This document shows positions 34,954-49,238 of a DNA stretch of 64,000 nucleotides, in pieces. The stretch is from Eledone cirrhosa. Taxonomy: Eukaryota. Below the pieces are notes generated by a model. It saw only the letters and a list, made by a program, of their open reading frames with translations, did no database searches and had not been told where the DNA came from. The position numbers and the translations under genes were made by a program. Location of the stretch: positions 42,346,001 to 42,410,000 of the forward strand of contig OZ024744.1 of the NCBI GenBank assembly GCA_964016885.1. The letters run 5' to 3'. The stretch's first letter is position 1; every line of letters begins with the position of its first letter.

Positions 34954-37710
34954 GGTCTCTGCTGGTCACGTCCAGCACCACCAACTTACCTTCTGGGTCC
35001 AGGAAGATGGCCCGTATGGCGAGATACGTATACATCGTAGCCGCCGAAGATCGGTGCGAAGACTCGTGCTTCGGAGATTCTGCTCTCGCTGATGGCCACT
35101 ATATCTATGTTTAGTGACCTGAGGTCATTGAGCAGGTGTCCCTGCTTCCATGACGACCCCAGGCCACGCGCATTTACGGTGCCTATTCTGAGTGAGGTCA
35201 TGTTGAAAAGGAGTGGAAAAGGATGGGAAATACCACTTACCTCACTTCTTGTGGAGGGGGGAGGAAGGATGGTTTTTCCGTCCTTCTCACTACTTGTGGC
35301 CTCCTCCGGAAGGATGTCTTTATGAATCCCCCTGGAGAGTGTTTGTCGGAAGTCTCTAATATCGTTGGGGAATTTTAATTTTAGTGTCGTATATGTTTTC
35401 TGTGTGATGCGAGTGATTTGTATGTGTGGAGGAGGTGTGAATTTTTGGGGTGTTGTGTAGTCTTTTTCTGTGATGCTGGTGTTGTTTTGGATGTAGTGTA
35501 ATAATTGGTTGTTGTTCAAATTTAATTGTTTCTACTTTTGGCACAAGGCCAGCAATTATCCAGTGCATTACTGGTACTTTATTTTATCGACCCTGTAAGG
35601 ATGAAAGGCAAAGTTAACCTCGGCGGGATTTGAACTCAGAATGGCAAGGGCCGTAACTCTATGCGTCAAAGCATGGCGTCCGACCCTTTACCGATACTGC
35701 CAATCCACCGCCCTACAGTTGTTCAAATTTAATGCTGTGTAGTGTGTATCGTTTTGGTTGCTTTGTTTTGTTTGCGTTTGTTTCTGTTTCGCTTTTTTTG
35801 GTGACTTTTGTGGTGTTGGTGATGGTGGTATTGGGGTTGATGATGGTGATGGTGTTGGGGTTGATGATGGTGATGGTGTTGGTGTTTGTGTTGTTGTGTT
35901 GATGGGACTGGTGAAGCTGGTGTGGGTGATGGCATAGCTGTCTTAACTTTTTTGTTAGTTTGTTTATTTGTTTCACCCTGTATTTTGTTTATGGAGGGCG
36001 AAGGAGGAGGATGTTTTTCTTTTTGTTTTTTTTTTCTTTTTCTATTTTCCAGATACACTTTGCCACTCCTCCTCGTCGTCACAGTCTGTCTCCAGTGTGA
36101 TAGGTCGGGGAGTGGAAAATCCTCCACAGGTGTTGGTTTTGTTTGTGACGTGGTGGATAGTGAAAGCGCTGGTGCTAATTCTAGCGCGGTGGGTGGTGGC
36201 GGTATTAGTTTTGCTACTGTTGCTGCTACAGTTGCTTCTGTTGTTGCTGCTACAGTTGCTTCTGTTGTTGTTGTTACAGTTGGTGCTGCCATTTCTGCTG
36301 CCGTTGTTGATGGTTGAGTCACCCGGGTGGGTAGGAGAGGTGGTCTTAACTTTTTAGCCAGAGGGCAGAAAGCCTTTAGGTGGGTTCCTTCGCCACAAAC
36401 GACACACCTAGGCCTTCTACCCTCAACTATTACGGTGAGGTGGCTGCCGTCATTGAGGTCTATTACCTCTGGAATTTCTTGTATGTTTTTTGGTCCGCTT
36501 GGGTCAGGAGCACCAATCCAGATCCAGACCAGTTCTCCTGCTTTACTTTTATCACCTCAATTACTTTAGTGTTGGCCTCGATATCGGCGAGGACGGCAGC
36601 CATTAGCCAGGGAATTTCGATGGCCGGCGGAACGTAGGTCACCCTGATCTTCACGAGTCACTGACCACAATAGCTTGGGACGAGTGTGAACTCGTCACTT
36701 TTTAATGGGGCCATGGAGTGCTCTCTGGCATCATGTGGCGTTCCAAAGAATACGTCCATGGTTCCATATTTCTTCCCACGTCTGATGTGAGTTTTTTGTA
36801 CCCACACATGTCCCAAAGCTTTTTGTATCTGGGACTCGGATGCCCGTTCCACTCGGCGTGATTTTGTGTTTATCGTCCGATATGACACGGTGCATAGGCG
36901 CCGATGCTCGATTTTATTAGATGGGGGGCTGACCCTGTACCCTTCGTTTTTTATCATTCGCTTGGCTTCTTTCACTTCATCCTAGCTTACCTTTACAGTC
37001 TCGTTTTTCTGGGCCGCTTTAGCAAACGACACATTTTGTTTTGCGCTGGTGTTGATGTTGTTGCTGTTATTCACATTGTTGTTGTTGTTGCTGTTGTTGT
37101 TATTGTGATGTTTGTTATTATTTTTAGTTTTAGTTGTGGAGGTAGTATTGGTGTCAGTGGTGTTCGGCGTGGAAGAGTTGATTCTGGGTGAATCCATTTC
37201 GATGTCACGAGATAATAATTTATTTTTGTTTCTGTTGTCGCGTTGGTGGTGGTATCAGTGGTGTTGGTTGTTCTTTTTAACATTGTGGTGGGGGTGGGGG
37301 CTGCTTTAACACCTGCAGTTATTGGTAATGGCGGGAAATCCATGTCAGCATGTGACAAATTTAAATAATTGCCATTGCTATTACTTATATTTTCAGTGTT
37401 GACAGCCGTATCAAGGTTTACAATGGTGGTGGTGGTGGTAGGTGTTGTTACTCTGTTAGAAAAGCTATCAGCTTTGGGTAGCTGAAAGCCGTCTATGTTT
37501 TTTTTCAAAGAAATTTTTGTTTGATAAATATAAAAGTTTAAACTTTGGGCTCAAGGCCCCAATATTATCGAGTGTCCTTTTCAGAAAGCAATATATGTGA
37601 ATTTATAAATACTTAACAACAAAAATGTTCCATAACTGGCAGTTTGAAACAACTGAAAACAACAAACCTTTGTGGAGCTCACGATAATACGATTTCCTAC
37701 GTACGTCGCC
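34954..37710 (-). mobile_element. Tx1 copy 4 (5'UTR, ORF1, start of ORF2; 3' part missing), in tandem with copy 5
   Basis: 5' end GGCGAC next to (ATT)n at 37711-37758; ORF1 fragments; MTSLRIGTVNARGL. Confidence 0.88.
35527..35713 (-). mobile_element. Full-length family-1 SINE with 16-bp TSD inside Tx1 copy 4
   Basis: TSD gttgttcaaatttaat at 35511-35526 and 35718-35733; single copy at the homologous site of copy 5 (about 41704). Confidence 0.92.
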
Positions 37711-37758
<48 letters not shown>

Positions 37759-37759
<1 letters not shown>

Positions 37760-40700
37760 CTTTCTTTATTAACCACAAGGTTTACATAAAGTAGACATTA
37801 AGGACAGTACAGGGCAATACGGGACGGTACAAATGGGCATTTCTGCGTGTAAAAAACAAAAAACAGATGATGCAATAATAGAACAATAAAAAAGTTCCCC
37901 CAATAGGGGGGAGACTTCAGAAGGACATTCGTGGAGAAAGCACATTAAAAAGCCACAGTGACCCTGACCACCAGGGCAAGTGGCCTCTCCCAGTTTTCCA
38001 CCACCTTTAATTTACAGACACATACTCAGAGTAGGCCCATTCACTCGGGCCATTCTTGCGTCTCTCACCCATCTTTCATCAAAATGCTGTGAAGAGAGCA
38101 CTTCCCTTTCTACCCTGATTTTCCTTTTCAAATGAAATTTGAAAAAGTTAATCAGGGCATCACGGAAGAGGTAAGTGCTCGTCGTCAGCCCTTTCAAACG
38201 TGTCCACCATACTATCTCTTTCGCCACGGCCACCAGACAGATAAAAACTTCCTGCCCTTCTCGGCTAAAGGAAGAGGGTGGGGGAATCCTCACGATGGAC
38301 TCAGCTGATAGCTGGATCCGTCCTCCACGCGACAGCAGGTGTTCGACATAAACCCACAAGTCAGCAATGCTCGGACACTAGACGAGTGCGTGCAGGACGG
38401 TTTCGTCGCCCTGCGCGCAACTCGGACATGCCCGGCTGACGGCACCTCCATGCCTGTAGAGTTTATCCCGAACTGGCAAAGCTCCCCGGTAGCACTGCTA
38501 GGCCAGGGATTTCTGTAAGTTGTCCATAGGCCCCGGCCCGAAAGTTCTTCCGAAGAGATTGGTTAGTTGATTTCCGTCGACGCCTAGAGTTTCTCCAAGT
38601 ACGTCGTCGCTCTTCCCCTCCACGAATCATGTATAGAACGCCAAGGTGGAGTTTCCACCGATCACATTACCCGATTGGTCGAGGGCTGTGATCGCCTAAA
38701 CATTCCAATCTCCAAGCGCTCCCTCTCTGTCTTCGCTTGACCCAGGACTGCAGCTCCGTCAAGGAGACGAGCTGGGGAAAGACGCGTCTAGCAAACGGCG
38801 ACCACACCTGATCACCGTCGAGGAAGAGGTGGAGATGTCGTAGCCTGAGCGCGTGTCTGCGCATCATCAGCCACGGCATGCCCCCCCCCCCCCCACGTAG
38901 TGGGTGTTGACAGCAGATGGACCGCCTGACCATCGGAGCGCATCCCTTCCACAAAAAGCGAAAGAGCAAACGCTCCAGCGCAGTCAGGCGGGGCATAGGA
39001 CATGGTACGACGGTCAGGCGGTAGTAGATGACGGACGCGATATACGCGTTAGCCACCTCCGCTCGACCTTTCAGGGATAGCTTCCTCTCGGCCCATTAGT
39101 GGTTGAGAGAAGCCACCCTGCTCGTCACCTCGTCCCAGTTTTTGTCCGTCTGGAGAGCCGGACCGAACCAGACCCCGAGCAATTTAACCGGTCCGTCCCT
39201 CCAGCGCCCGACGACGCTGTTGGACGGCATGGACCTTCCATTGCAGGTGCCGAGCTGCAGGCCCACTGACCTTTCCTTGTTGATCATTGCTCCTGTCACC
39301 GCTTCGTATTCTCTTAGTGTAGTGACGATCGCCTCGATATGTTTGGCGTTCGACACCACTACGGTGACATCGTCCGCATATGCTGACACGGATCTTCCGC
39401 ATCCTAGTTCGCGCGGGACGCCCTCAACGTCTCCAGTTTGTGCAGCAATGGCTCGAGAGTCAATACGTACAATAGGGACGAGAGGAGACATCCTTGGCGG
39501 ACCGAGCGCATGATGTTGAACGGTTCCGACAGGTGACCGTTCACTCTCACCACAGAGCAGATGTCGCTGTGCATGGCAGCGATCCAGCCTCTGAAGACGG
39601 GCCCAAAGCCAGCCGCCCTCAGGACTGACGCTAGGTAACGATGGTCGACCCTATCGAAAGCTTTCGAGTGATCTAAATTGATCAAAGACCCACCCATGCC
39701 AGGTTCCCTAGCTACCCTCTCAACGATGTATCGCATGAGGTGGAGGTTGTCGTGGATGGATCTGTCGGGAATGGCGCACGTCCGCGCCTCTCCCATCAGA
39801 CCACCAACGACAAGCGCCAACCTCTTTGCTAGCACCTTGGCCAAAATCTTGAACTCTGTGTTTAGCAGAGTTATGGGCCTAAATTATCTATGTTATCCCC
39901 CTTGTTCGGAACCTTTCTCAGCAGTTTCACCGCTCCTCGGCTCACAGAGCTGGAATTCTCCCGTTCGGTTGCCAGTTGCAGTAGACGTCCGCCAAGAGGC
40001 CTCCGAACAAGTCTGGCATCTGTACGTAAAGTTCATAGGGCAGACCATCCAAACCAGGCGATTTACCCTTTGTGCAGCCAGTCATTGCCTCCCGTAATTC
40101 AGCGGCTGTTATCGGCATTTCGCAACACTCCGATTCAGTAGCCGAGAGGTAGACACTAAAGTCCATCCCTCGACCCGGCCCACCGCTGCCCCCGAACAGC
40201 TGAGCGAAGTGTCGCTGAAAAGCTTCACACATTTTCCCGGGATCGAGTAGCATGCGCCCGTCGTGGTCCACCAAAGACGGAATCGTGGCTTTGTTGCCAC
40301 GACGCGCCTCCGCCACTCGGGCCCATTGAACGGCTTTCGTACCCTCGTGTCTGAGAGCACGCACCCTAGCTCTGACAACGCAGCCTTCGTGCTTTGCATT
40401 GAAGAATTGGTCAAGGGCCAATATCGCCGCAAATACGTCGGTCGCGATGCCTTTGCTAAGCGCCTCGTCTAATTTTCTAACTAATTCTCCCTCTGCTCTA
40501 TTTTTCTCTATTGCTAAAGCCTTACTAAACCTAATGGACTCTATTCTAATTGCTCTTTTCAGAGCAAACCACCACTTGTTGTTGACGATGGCCCCGTCAA
40601 AGCCCGCTTAACTAGTTCGCTAATCCGGTCTCTGTAGGCCTTGCGCGCTGGTAAGGACGCGTTTAGCTTCCAGTAGCCGGGTCCTCGTCTATGAAGCCTA

Positions 40701-43630
40701 TCTAAGTCAAGCACACAGATCACGAATTTGTGGTCCGTGTAGCTGACTATCTTGAATTGTGGACAGCCTATGCTAGACCTATCTATTTCCCTACAAAATA
40801 CTCTATCTAGATATGATCTGGATGACCCTATGCGATTTGTCCAAGACCATATTGGCACATTCGGAAAATCCAATCTGTACCTGTCAGACAGTTCAAAACG
40901 TCTGAGCAGGTTGGTGAGGCTCTTCCACCTTCCTCCCCTATCCGCTAATCCCACACAGTCCCAGCGTGCATCTAAGATCCTGTTCCAGTCGTCCACTAAC
41001 ACTAAAGAGCGGGACGTTCCAAGAAAGGTCTCCAGACACCGAAAGAAATCAGGCCGCCCTGCTCCTGCCGGGGCATAGACGGCCACTAACCTGAAAGCTT
41101 GCCCGTCTCCGCTGGTCACGTTCAGCACCACCAACTTACCTTCTGGGTCCAGGAAATGGCCCGTATGGCGAGATTCAACCCTCTCCGAAAAAGCACAGCA
41201 ATTCCTCCCCCCGATCCAGGACGGCTAGGAGATGCGTACACATCGTAGCCGCCGAAGATCGGTCCGAAGGCCTGTGCTTCGGAGATTCTGGTCTCGCTGA
41301 TGGCCACTACATCTATGTTTAGTGACCTGAGGTCGTTGAGCAGGTGGCCCTGATTCCATGATGACCCCAAGCCACGCGCATTTATGCTGCCTATTCTGAG
41401 TGAGGTCATGTTGAAATGGAGTGGAAAAGATGGGAAAGACCACTTACCTTACTTCTCGTAGAGGAAGGATGGTTTCTCCATCCTTTTCACTGCTTGTGGC
41501 CTCCTCAGGAAGGATGTCCTTATAAATCCGCCTGGAGAGTGTTTGTCGGAAGTTTCCGATGTCTTTGGGGAATTTTTTGTTTCAGTGTCATGTACGTTTT
41601 CTGTGTGATGCGAGTGATTTGTATGTGTGGAGGTGGTGTGAACTTTTGGGTTGTCTTTTTCTGTGATGCTGGTGTTGTGTTGCATGTAGTGTAATAATTG
41701 GTTGTTGTTCAAATTTAATGCTGTGTAGTGTGTATCGTTTTGGTTGTTTTGTTTTGTTTGCGTTTGTTGTGGGTTTGTTTCTGTTACGCTTTTTGGTGAC
41801 TCTTGTGGTGTTGGTGAAGGTGGTGTTGGGGTTAATGATGGTAATGGTGTTAGTGTTTGTGGTGATAGGGTTGGTGATGCTGGTGTGGATGGTGGCATAT
41901 CTGTCCTAACTTTTTTGTTTGATAATTTATTTGTTTCCCTCTGTATTTTGTTTTTGGAGGGGGCAGGAAGAGAATTTTTTTCTTTTTTGGTTCCTTTTTT
42001 TTCTTTTTTCCTGATACCTTTTCCCACTCCTCGTCGTCACAATCTGTCTCCAATTGCGATAAGCCGGGGAGTGGAAAATCCTCCACAGGCGTTGGTTTTG
42101 GTTGTGGTGTGGTGGATGGTGTAGCCGCTGGTGCTAGTTCTGGCGCGTTGGGTAGTGGTGGTGTTGGTTTTGCTTCTGTTGCTGGGGTTGTTGCTGTTAT
42201 AGTTGTTTCTGTTTTTGCTGCTACAGTTGTTGCTGCCATTTCTGCTGCTGGTGGTGTTAATGGTTGAGTCACTGGGGTGGGTAAGAAAGGTGGCCTCAAC
42301 CTTTTAGCCTGAGGGCAGAAAGCCCTTAGGTGGGTTCCTTCACCACAAACGACACACCTAGGCCTTCTGCCCTCGACGATTACGGTGAGGTGGCTGCCGC
42401 CAGTGAGGTCTATTACCTCTGGGATCTCCTCAATACGTTTTTGGTCCGCTTGGATCAGGAGCTCCATCCCAGATCCGGACCAGTTCTCCTGCTTTTCTTT
42501 CGCTATTTCGATTATCTAGGTGTTGGCCTCAATGCCGGCGAGGACGGCAGCCATTAGCCAGGGAATCTCGATGTCCGGTGGAACGTGGGTGACCCTGATC
42601 TTCACAAGTCTCTGGCCACAATAGCTTGGGACGAGTGTGAATTTGTCACTTCTTAATGGGGCCATGGAGTGTTTTCTGGCCTCCTGTGGTATTTTAAAGA
42701 ACACGTCCACGATTCCATATTTCTGCCCACGTCTGATGTGGATTTTTTTTGCCCACACATGTCCCAAAGCTTTTTTTGATTTGGGACTCGTATGCCCGTT
42801 CCACTCGGTGCGATTTTATGTTAATTGTCTGATAAGACACGGTGGATAGGCGATGATGCTCCATTTTATTAGGTGTGGGGGAGGCTGACCCTGTACCCAT
42901 CTTTCTTTACCATTCTTTTGGCTTCTTCTAATTCGTCCAGAGTTACCTGGATCGCTTCGCACGTTTTTGCTACTCTGGCAAAACTCAGGGAAGTTTTCTT
43001 AATTTCATTGTTGCTGTTGTTGTTATCGTTATTTTTGTTATTTTTAATTTTAGTTTCAGTTGTGGTGGTGGTGGCGTCAGTGGTGTTCGGTGTGGAAGAG
43101 TTCATTTTGGTTGAATTCATTTCGATATCACGAGTTAATTTATTTTTTTCTTTTGTTTCTGTTGTCGCTGTGGTGGTGGTGGTGGGTGTTGTCGCTGTGG
43201 TGGTGGTGGTGGTGGGGGTTGTCGCTGTGGTGGGGATGGCGGCTTTAACACCTGCAGTCATTGGTAATGGCGGGAAATGTATGTCTGGCTGAGAAAAATT
43301 AAAAATATTGCTACTGCTTATATTTTTAGTGTTGGCAAACGTAGTAATATTTACAATGGTGGTGACGGTGTGAGGTGTTAGTTTGTGAGGAAGGTGTGAC
43401 TCCGAGTCAGCCATAATTTTTCAAAGAATTTTTTTTTGTTTGATAATTATAAAAAGTTTAAGGTTTGGGCTCAAGGCCCCAATATTTTTGAGTGTCCTTT
43501 TCAGAAATCAATGTATGTGCACTTATATACAGTTAACAATAACAATTTTCCATAAATGGCAATTTTAAACAACTGAAAATAACAAACCTTTGCGGAGCTC
43601 ACGATGATACGATTTACTACGTAGGTCGCC
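37759..43630 (-). mobile_element. Full-length Tx1 copy 5 (family A), multiple frameshifts, flanked by (ATT)n
   Basis: ORF1 from 43414; ORF2 fragments 41409-38012; both ends abut (AAT)n on the + strand. Confidence 0.93.
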
Positions 43631-43859
43631 AATAATAATAATAATAATCCCCACTAAAAGAGGAAGGCATCAAAAGATATAAATAGACTGATTTGATGAC
43701 CCGGTCAAAAAATCAAAAAACCAAAAATCAAAATCAAAACAGCACAGCAAATACGAAAAACGTAAAGAAAAGAAAAATGAAAAGAAAAACAAACAGACAG
43801 AGAGAGAGAGAAAGGAAAAAAAAAAAACTACGTCAGACATTCAAACATTATATTACAAT

Positions 43860-43975
43860 GAAACTCCCGCCGCGGTTAACTTTGCCTTTCATCCTTGTGG
43901 GATCGATAAAATAAAGTACCAGTAAAACACTGGGATAATTGCTGGCCTTGTGCCAAAAGTAGAAACAATTATATT
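43860..43975 (+). mobile_element. 5'-truncated family-1 SINE
   Basis: cccgccgcggttaactttgcctttcatcc..ggccttgtgccaaaagtagaaacaatta. Confidence 0.8.
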
Positions 43976-44049
43976 ACAATGAAACTTATGCTTATTCTTT
44001 TTTTTGGGGGGGGGGTTTACCTATTTGTTTGTTTGTTTATTTATGTTCG

Positions 44050-47000
44050 TCTACAGCGTGATAGTGCCACACAAAAGTCACCAGGAGTGACGAAATCACC
44101 GGTGGTTATGTAACCATACATTCACCAATCCTCGATAAGAGGGTTTAAATGTCGAACCTAAACAGTTCGAATAACGGTGAAGTGGAGACTGGAATGTCAT
44201 GTGACAGACTCTCACTCAGCAGGTGCTCCCTGGCCCAGCAGCAGGTACCTGGCTGTCATCCAAATACTGCTGGTGTCGGAGGAAGAAGAAGGAAAGGGAC
44301 CAGAACCAACTGGACGAAAGAATTGAATAGAACTGTTATGCAATGTTACCCCAAGGAGAAAGGCTATAGGAAACGGATGCATGACATCTGGAATGAGATT
44401 GGTCTATTTAAATTAGATGAACAAAAATTGGCCGGGCAGGCTCGGGTAATAAGAACTAATGTGTGGATAAGCGAGCTGGAACTGGAGGAACTGAGCAGAG
44501 AGATTAGGTTGGAAATGGAGAGTGGAGTATGCCAGGCAAACGAGCCAGTGGGAAATGAAGGTGAAGAGGTTGAGAGAACGGAGGAACCATCCGAAGCAGA
44601 CAATGATCTGAATGCTGAAATAAATAATTGTTTCTACTTTTGGCACAAGGCCAGCAATTATCCCAGTGTATTACTGGTACTTTATTTTATCGACCCCGTA
44701 AGGATGAAAGGCAAAGTTAACCTCGGCGGGATTTGACCTCAGAATGGAAAGGGCCGTAACTCTATGCTGCACAGCTGAAATAAATAATACCTGGAACAAA
44801 GATACGGCCATTGAGGAGATGAATGCTGACAGGCTAGGACAAGATTTGGTTGATATCCTAAACTTTGTGGTAGATGAATTGAACAATGATAGTGGGAAAC
44901 CTATGAACCTAAGATTTGTAGACAGGAAAAAGTTAAAAGAAACAACAGCTAAGGTAAACAGAGTCATCCCATACCTTGAGGCGAGGAGCCTTCACCAGTG
45001 CACCAATATCCTCAAAGCAACAGTAAATGCGGTGAGGAAATTACTTGGCATAAAAGCGAGAGGAAACAACAAACAAGAAAGATCAGAACCTTGGTGGAAG
45101 AAACGACTGAATGGTCAAATCAGGGAAATGAGAAATGACATTGAAAAGCTTGTGTCCCTACTGAATGGGACAATAAAAAACATAGACACTGAAAATAGAC
45201 TGGAAATAAAGTACAAAACTAGGAGGAAAAAGCTAAATATTATCATAGAGGAACTGAAGCAACGCATTGTAGCAAAGAGTGCAAAAATTAGGCGATGCGA
45301 GAGCAGAGTCAGTAAGTATAGACAGAACCGCATGTTTGACAACAACCAGAAGATGCTGTTTGGACAGCTTAAAGGGAAAGAAAGAGGCAACGACTTGATC
45401 CCTGAGGCGGAACAAACTAAGACATTCTGGAGAGGAATATGGGAGCAGAATGTTAAACATAATGACCAGGCAGTGTGGATTGAGACAGTACAAAAGGAGA
45501 TTAGTGAACAGGCACACCAACAAACTGATTTGAGTATCACAGTTGACACTCTTAAGGGGCAGGCCAAAAAACTAATCAACAGGCCCAGATGGTGTGCAGG
45601 GGTATTGGATCAAAAATATAACATCCCTCCACCCGAAACTGACAACCATGCTCAATCACTGTCAGGTGAGGTACCAGAGTGGTTGACAAAAGGTGCCACA
45701 GTTCTGGTAATGAAAGACCGAATCAAGGGTAATGATGTTACCAACTATAGACCTATCACATGTCTGTCCGTAATGTGGAAACTGTTGACAGGCATTATGT
45801 CTGAGGAAATCTACCATCACCTCCACACAAACAACTTGTTACCGGACGAACAGAAAGGATGCCGAAAGAAGTCCCGTGGTACAAAGGACCAGTTACTTAT
45901 TGTTAAGATCGTAATGAGGAATTGCAAGAGGAGACACACAGGTCTTGCCATGGGATGGATAGACTACAAAAAGGCATTTGACAGGGTGCCTCATTCTTGG
46001 ATCAACAAAAGCCTAGAGATCTTCAAGGTGGCAGATAACATCAGACAGTTGTTGGGCAAAAGTATGATGTCCTGGAAAACAGAGTTAACATCAGCTGGAG
46101 AATCCTTGGGAGGCGTGAAGATCAAGAGAGGTATCTTCGAGGGAGATAGTCTGTCACCTCTGTGGTTTGTCCTTGCCCTGATGCCCCTGACCATTATACT
46201 GCGAAAGTGAGAGCAGGATACAAGTTGGGAAAGGGAGAGCTTACCATCAATCTCCTCCTCTTCATGGACGATCTTAAGCTCTTCGGGAAGAGTGAGAAGG
46301 AGTTGGATGTGCTTGTTGAACTGTCCGTATTTTCAACAATGTTATATGTATGCAATTTGGTATTAGTAAGTGTGGAGTCCTAGTGATGAAGAAGGGTAAA
46401 TTGAGAAGCAACGGAATCCAGATACCAACAGGTGAGATGATAAAGGAAATTGACACTGAAGAAGGATACAAGTATTTGGGTCTTCTGGAGGCTGATGACA
46501 TCAAGAACAAACAAATGAAGGAATTGATAAGATCTGAATACCTTCGGAGAGTAAGGAGCGTATTAAAGTCACATCTGAACAGTAGGAATGCCATAAGTGC
46601 AGTAAATTCCCGAGCTGTGTCTATTATTAGGTACAGTGCGGGAATTCTGAGATGGAATGTTGCTGAACAAAAAGAAATGGATAGGAAGACTAGGAGGCTA
46701 TTGACTATCTACAACATGTTCCACAAGAGGAGTGATGTCGATAGACTCTACTTAAGGAGATCTGAAGGTGGAAGAGGTCTTATCAGCATAGAGGACTGTG
46801 TTCAGATGGAGAAAAACAAACTACACAAATACGTGACTGATAGTAAGGAGCCAATGCTCAGAACTGTACTGAAGGAGAGGACAATAGACCAGGGGATGTC
46901 CAAGGAGGAAATAACAATAAGGAGAAAGAGCAACCTTCATGAAAAATCCCTTCATAGTACCTTCTTTGAGAAAACGGAATTCAGAGATCCACAGACATGG

Positions 47001-47745
47001 AACTGATTGAAAAGAGGAGACAGTAAAAAGGCTACAGAAGGAATGTTAATGGCTGCGCAAGAGCAGGCCCTCAAAACGAAGTGGTTGAAACACCACATTT
47101 ACAAGGAGGAGTCTAGCCAACTGTGCAGGATCTGTGGAGAGAGAGAGGAGACTGTGGCGCACATTGTATCCGAGTGTAAACACTTAGCCCAGACTCACTA
47201 TAAGGGCTGGCGACATGATGTGATGGGCAGGGTGATCCACTGGCACCTATGCAAAGTAAACAATTTACCACATTCTGAGAAGTGGTTTGAGCATAAGCCA
47301 GAGTCGGTGATAGAAAACGATCAGGTGAAGGTGCTGTGGGATTTTAGGATACGGACGGACAAGAAACTGGAACACAATAGACCTGACCTGGTGGTTTTGG
47401 ACAAAGAAAAAAGATCGTGCCTGATTGTGGATGTGGCCTGCCCATTCGACACGAGAGTGCAAGAGAAGGAGAGGGAGAAAATGAACCGATACCAGGACTT
47501 AAAGTGGGAGGTAAAAAGGATTTGGAACTGCCATGAAGTCAAAGTGGTCCCGATTGTCATAGGCGCACTAGGTACTATCTCAAAATGTTTCCAGGGATGG
47601 TTAAAGAAAATTGGCCCCTTCACGCTTTTTAGAACACTTCAAAAGGCATGCTTGCTGGGAACAGCAAGAACCCTCCGATAGGTCCTGATATTCATTTCAA
47701 CAAACTTTCCAGTTAACTAACATCAATGACTGAGACTCAAAGAAC
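44050..47745 (+). mobile_element. R4/Dong-clade LINE copy B, probably full length (ATG at 44149), (AAT)n tail, frameshifted
   Basis: Near-identical to copy A; RT motifs; CRIC..ETVAHIVSEC; RHD; NRPDLVV..DVACP. Confidence 0.92.
44629..44773 (-). mobile_element. 5'-truncated family-1 SINE with 15-bp TSD inside R4 copy B
   Basis: TSD gctgaaataaataat at 44614-44628 and 44774-44788; empty site in copy A (about 11219-11233). Confidence 0.92.
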
Positions 47746-47814
47746 AATAATAATAATAATAATGATAATAATAATGATTTATTTATTTATTTATTTATTT
47801 ATTTATTAATAATA

Positions 47815-47993
47815 ATAATAATTGTTTCTACTTTTGGCACAAGGCCAGCAATTAACCAATACATTACTGGTACTTTATTTTATCGACCCCGTATGGATGA
47901 AAGGCAAAGTTAACCTCGGCGGGATTTGAACTCAGATCATAAAGGAACGTAACTATGCTGGAAAGCATGTCCGAGCCTCTACCGATACTGCCA
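47815..47993 (-). mobile_element. Family-1 SINE next to the R4 (AAT)n tail
   Basis: Family-1 sequence; its tail merges with (AAT)n. Confidence 0.85.
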
Positions 47994-48163
47994 AAAATGT
48001 GAAGAGGGTTCGATAAGGATAAATATATAAGAACACTAGAGAAAATATTTATTAAAATAACAGATTAAGGTTTAAGCAAAGAATCGCTGCTTTCACCCTT
48101 ATATAGTGGAACAACAGGAGGCTGCACTAGTGATATTCCTTTAAAGTTTTATTGTTGCAAAAA

Positions 48164-48222
48164 TACTATATATATTTCAATGGCCTGGTTACGTAAGATT
48201 CTGGCAACTTCATCAGGTGTAG
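48164..48222 (-). ncRNA. Degenerate hammerhead motif (pLTR remnant)
   Basis: Minus strand CUGAUGA..GAAAUAUAUAUA followed by AAUAAA; stems poorly paired. Confidence 0.3.
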
Positions 48223-48373
48223 ATTGCATAATTAGTTAATCAATAAAGGAATTGCGAAAAGATAGAAAAAATATATGTATTCAGGGATCGTCTATGACAA
48301 TAACAGCTAAATCAAAGGCCGTCCTCAAATCAAATATTTTTTCTATTTCTTTCTGTTTTTTTTAATATGTTTC

Positions 48374-48405
<32 letters not shown>

Positions 48406-48557
48406 TAACTTCAATACTAGATTAGACTTACATCAGATTTCAGCCACCTATAAAAGCGATTTACCAAAATTCATTACTCTTTTCTCCCAATATATGAATG
48501 TATATATATATATTTGTATATCCCTCTCTATCTTTTTATCAATGTATCTCTCTTTGT

Positions 48558-49080
<523 letters not shown>

Positions 49081-49238
49081 ATATATGCATATATACGTAT
49101 GTGTGTATATATATATACACAGAGTCGGGCCAGATCGATACAGATCAAACCTTGAGCTGATCAATAGCGAAACGCGCGTCACCAATCAATAAATGTAATG
49201 AAGGCTTATCAAATTGTCCTTGTATTATTATATATATA

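Noticed and set aside
49150-49185. GCT..AGC-GAAACGCGCGTC hammerhead half (similar relic at about 60158-60205)
   Set aside because: CUGANGA core or stems are broken; at most relics.
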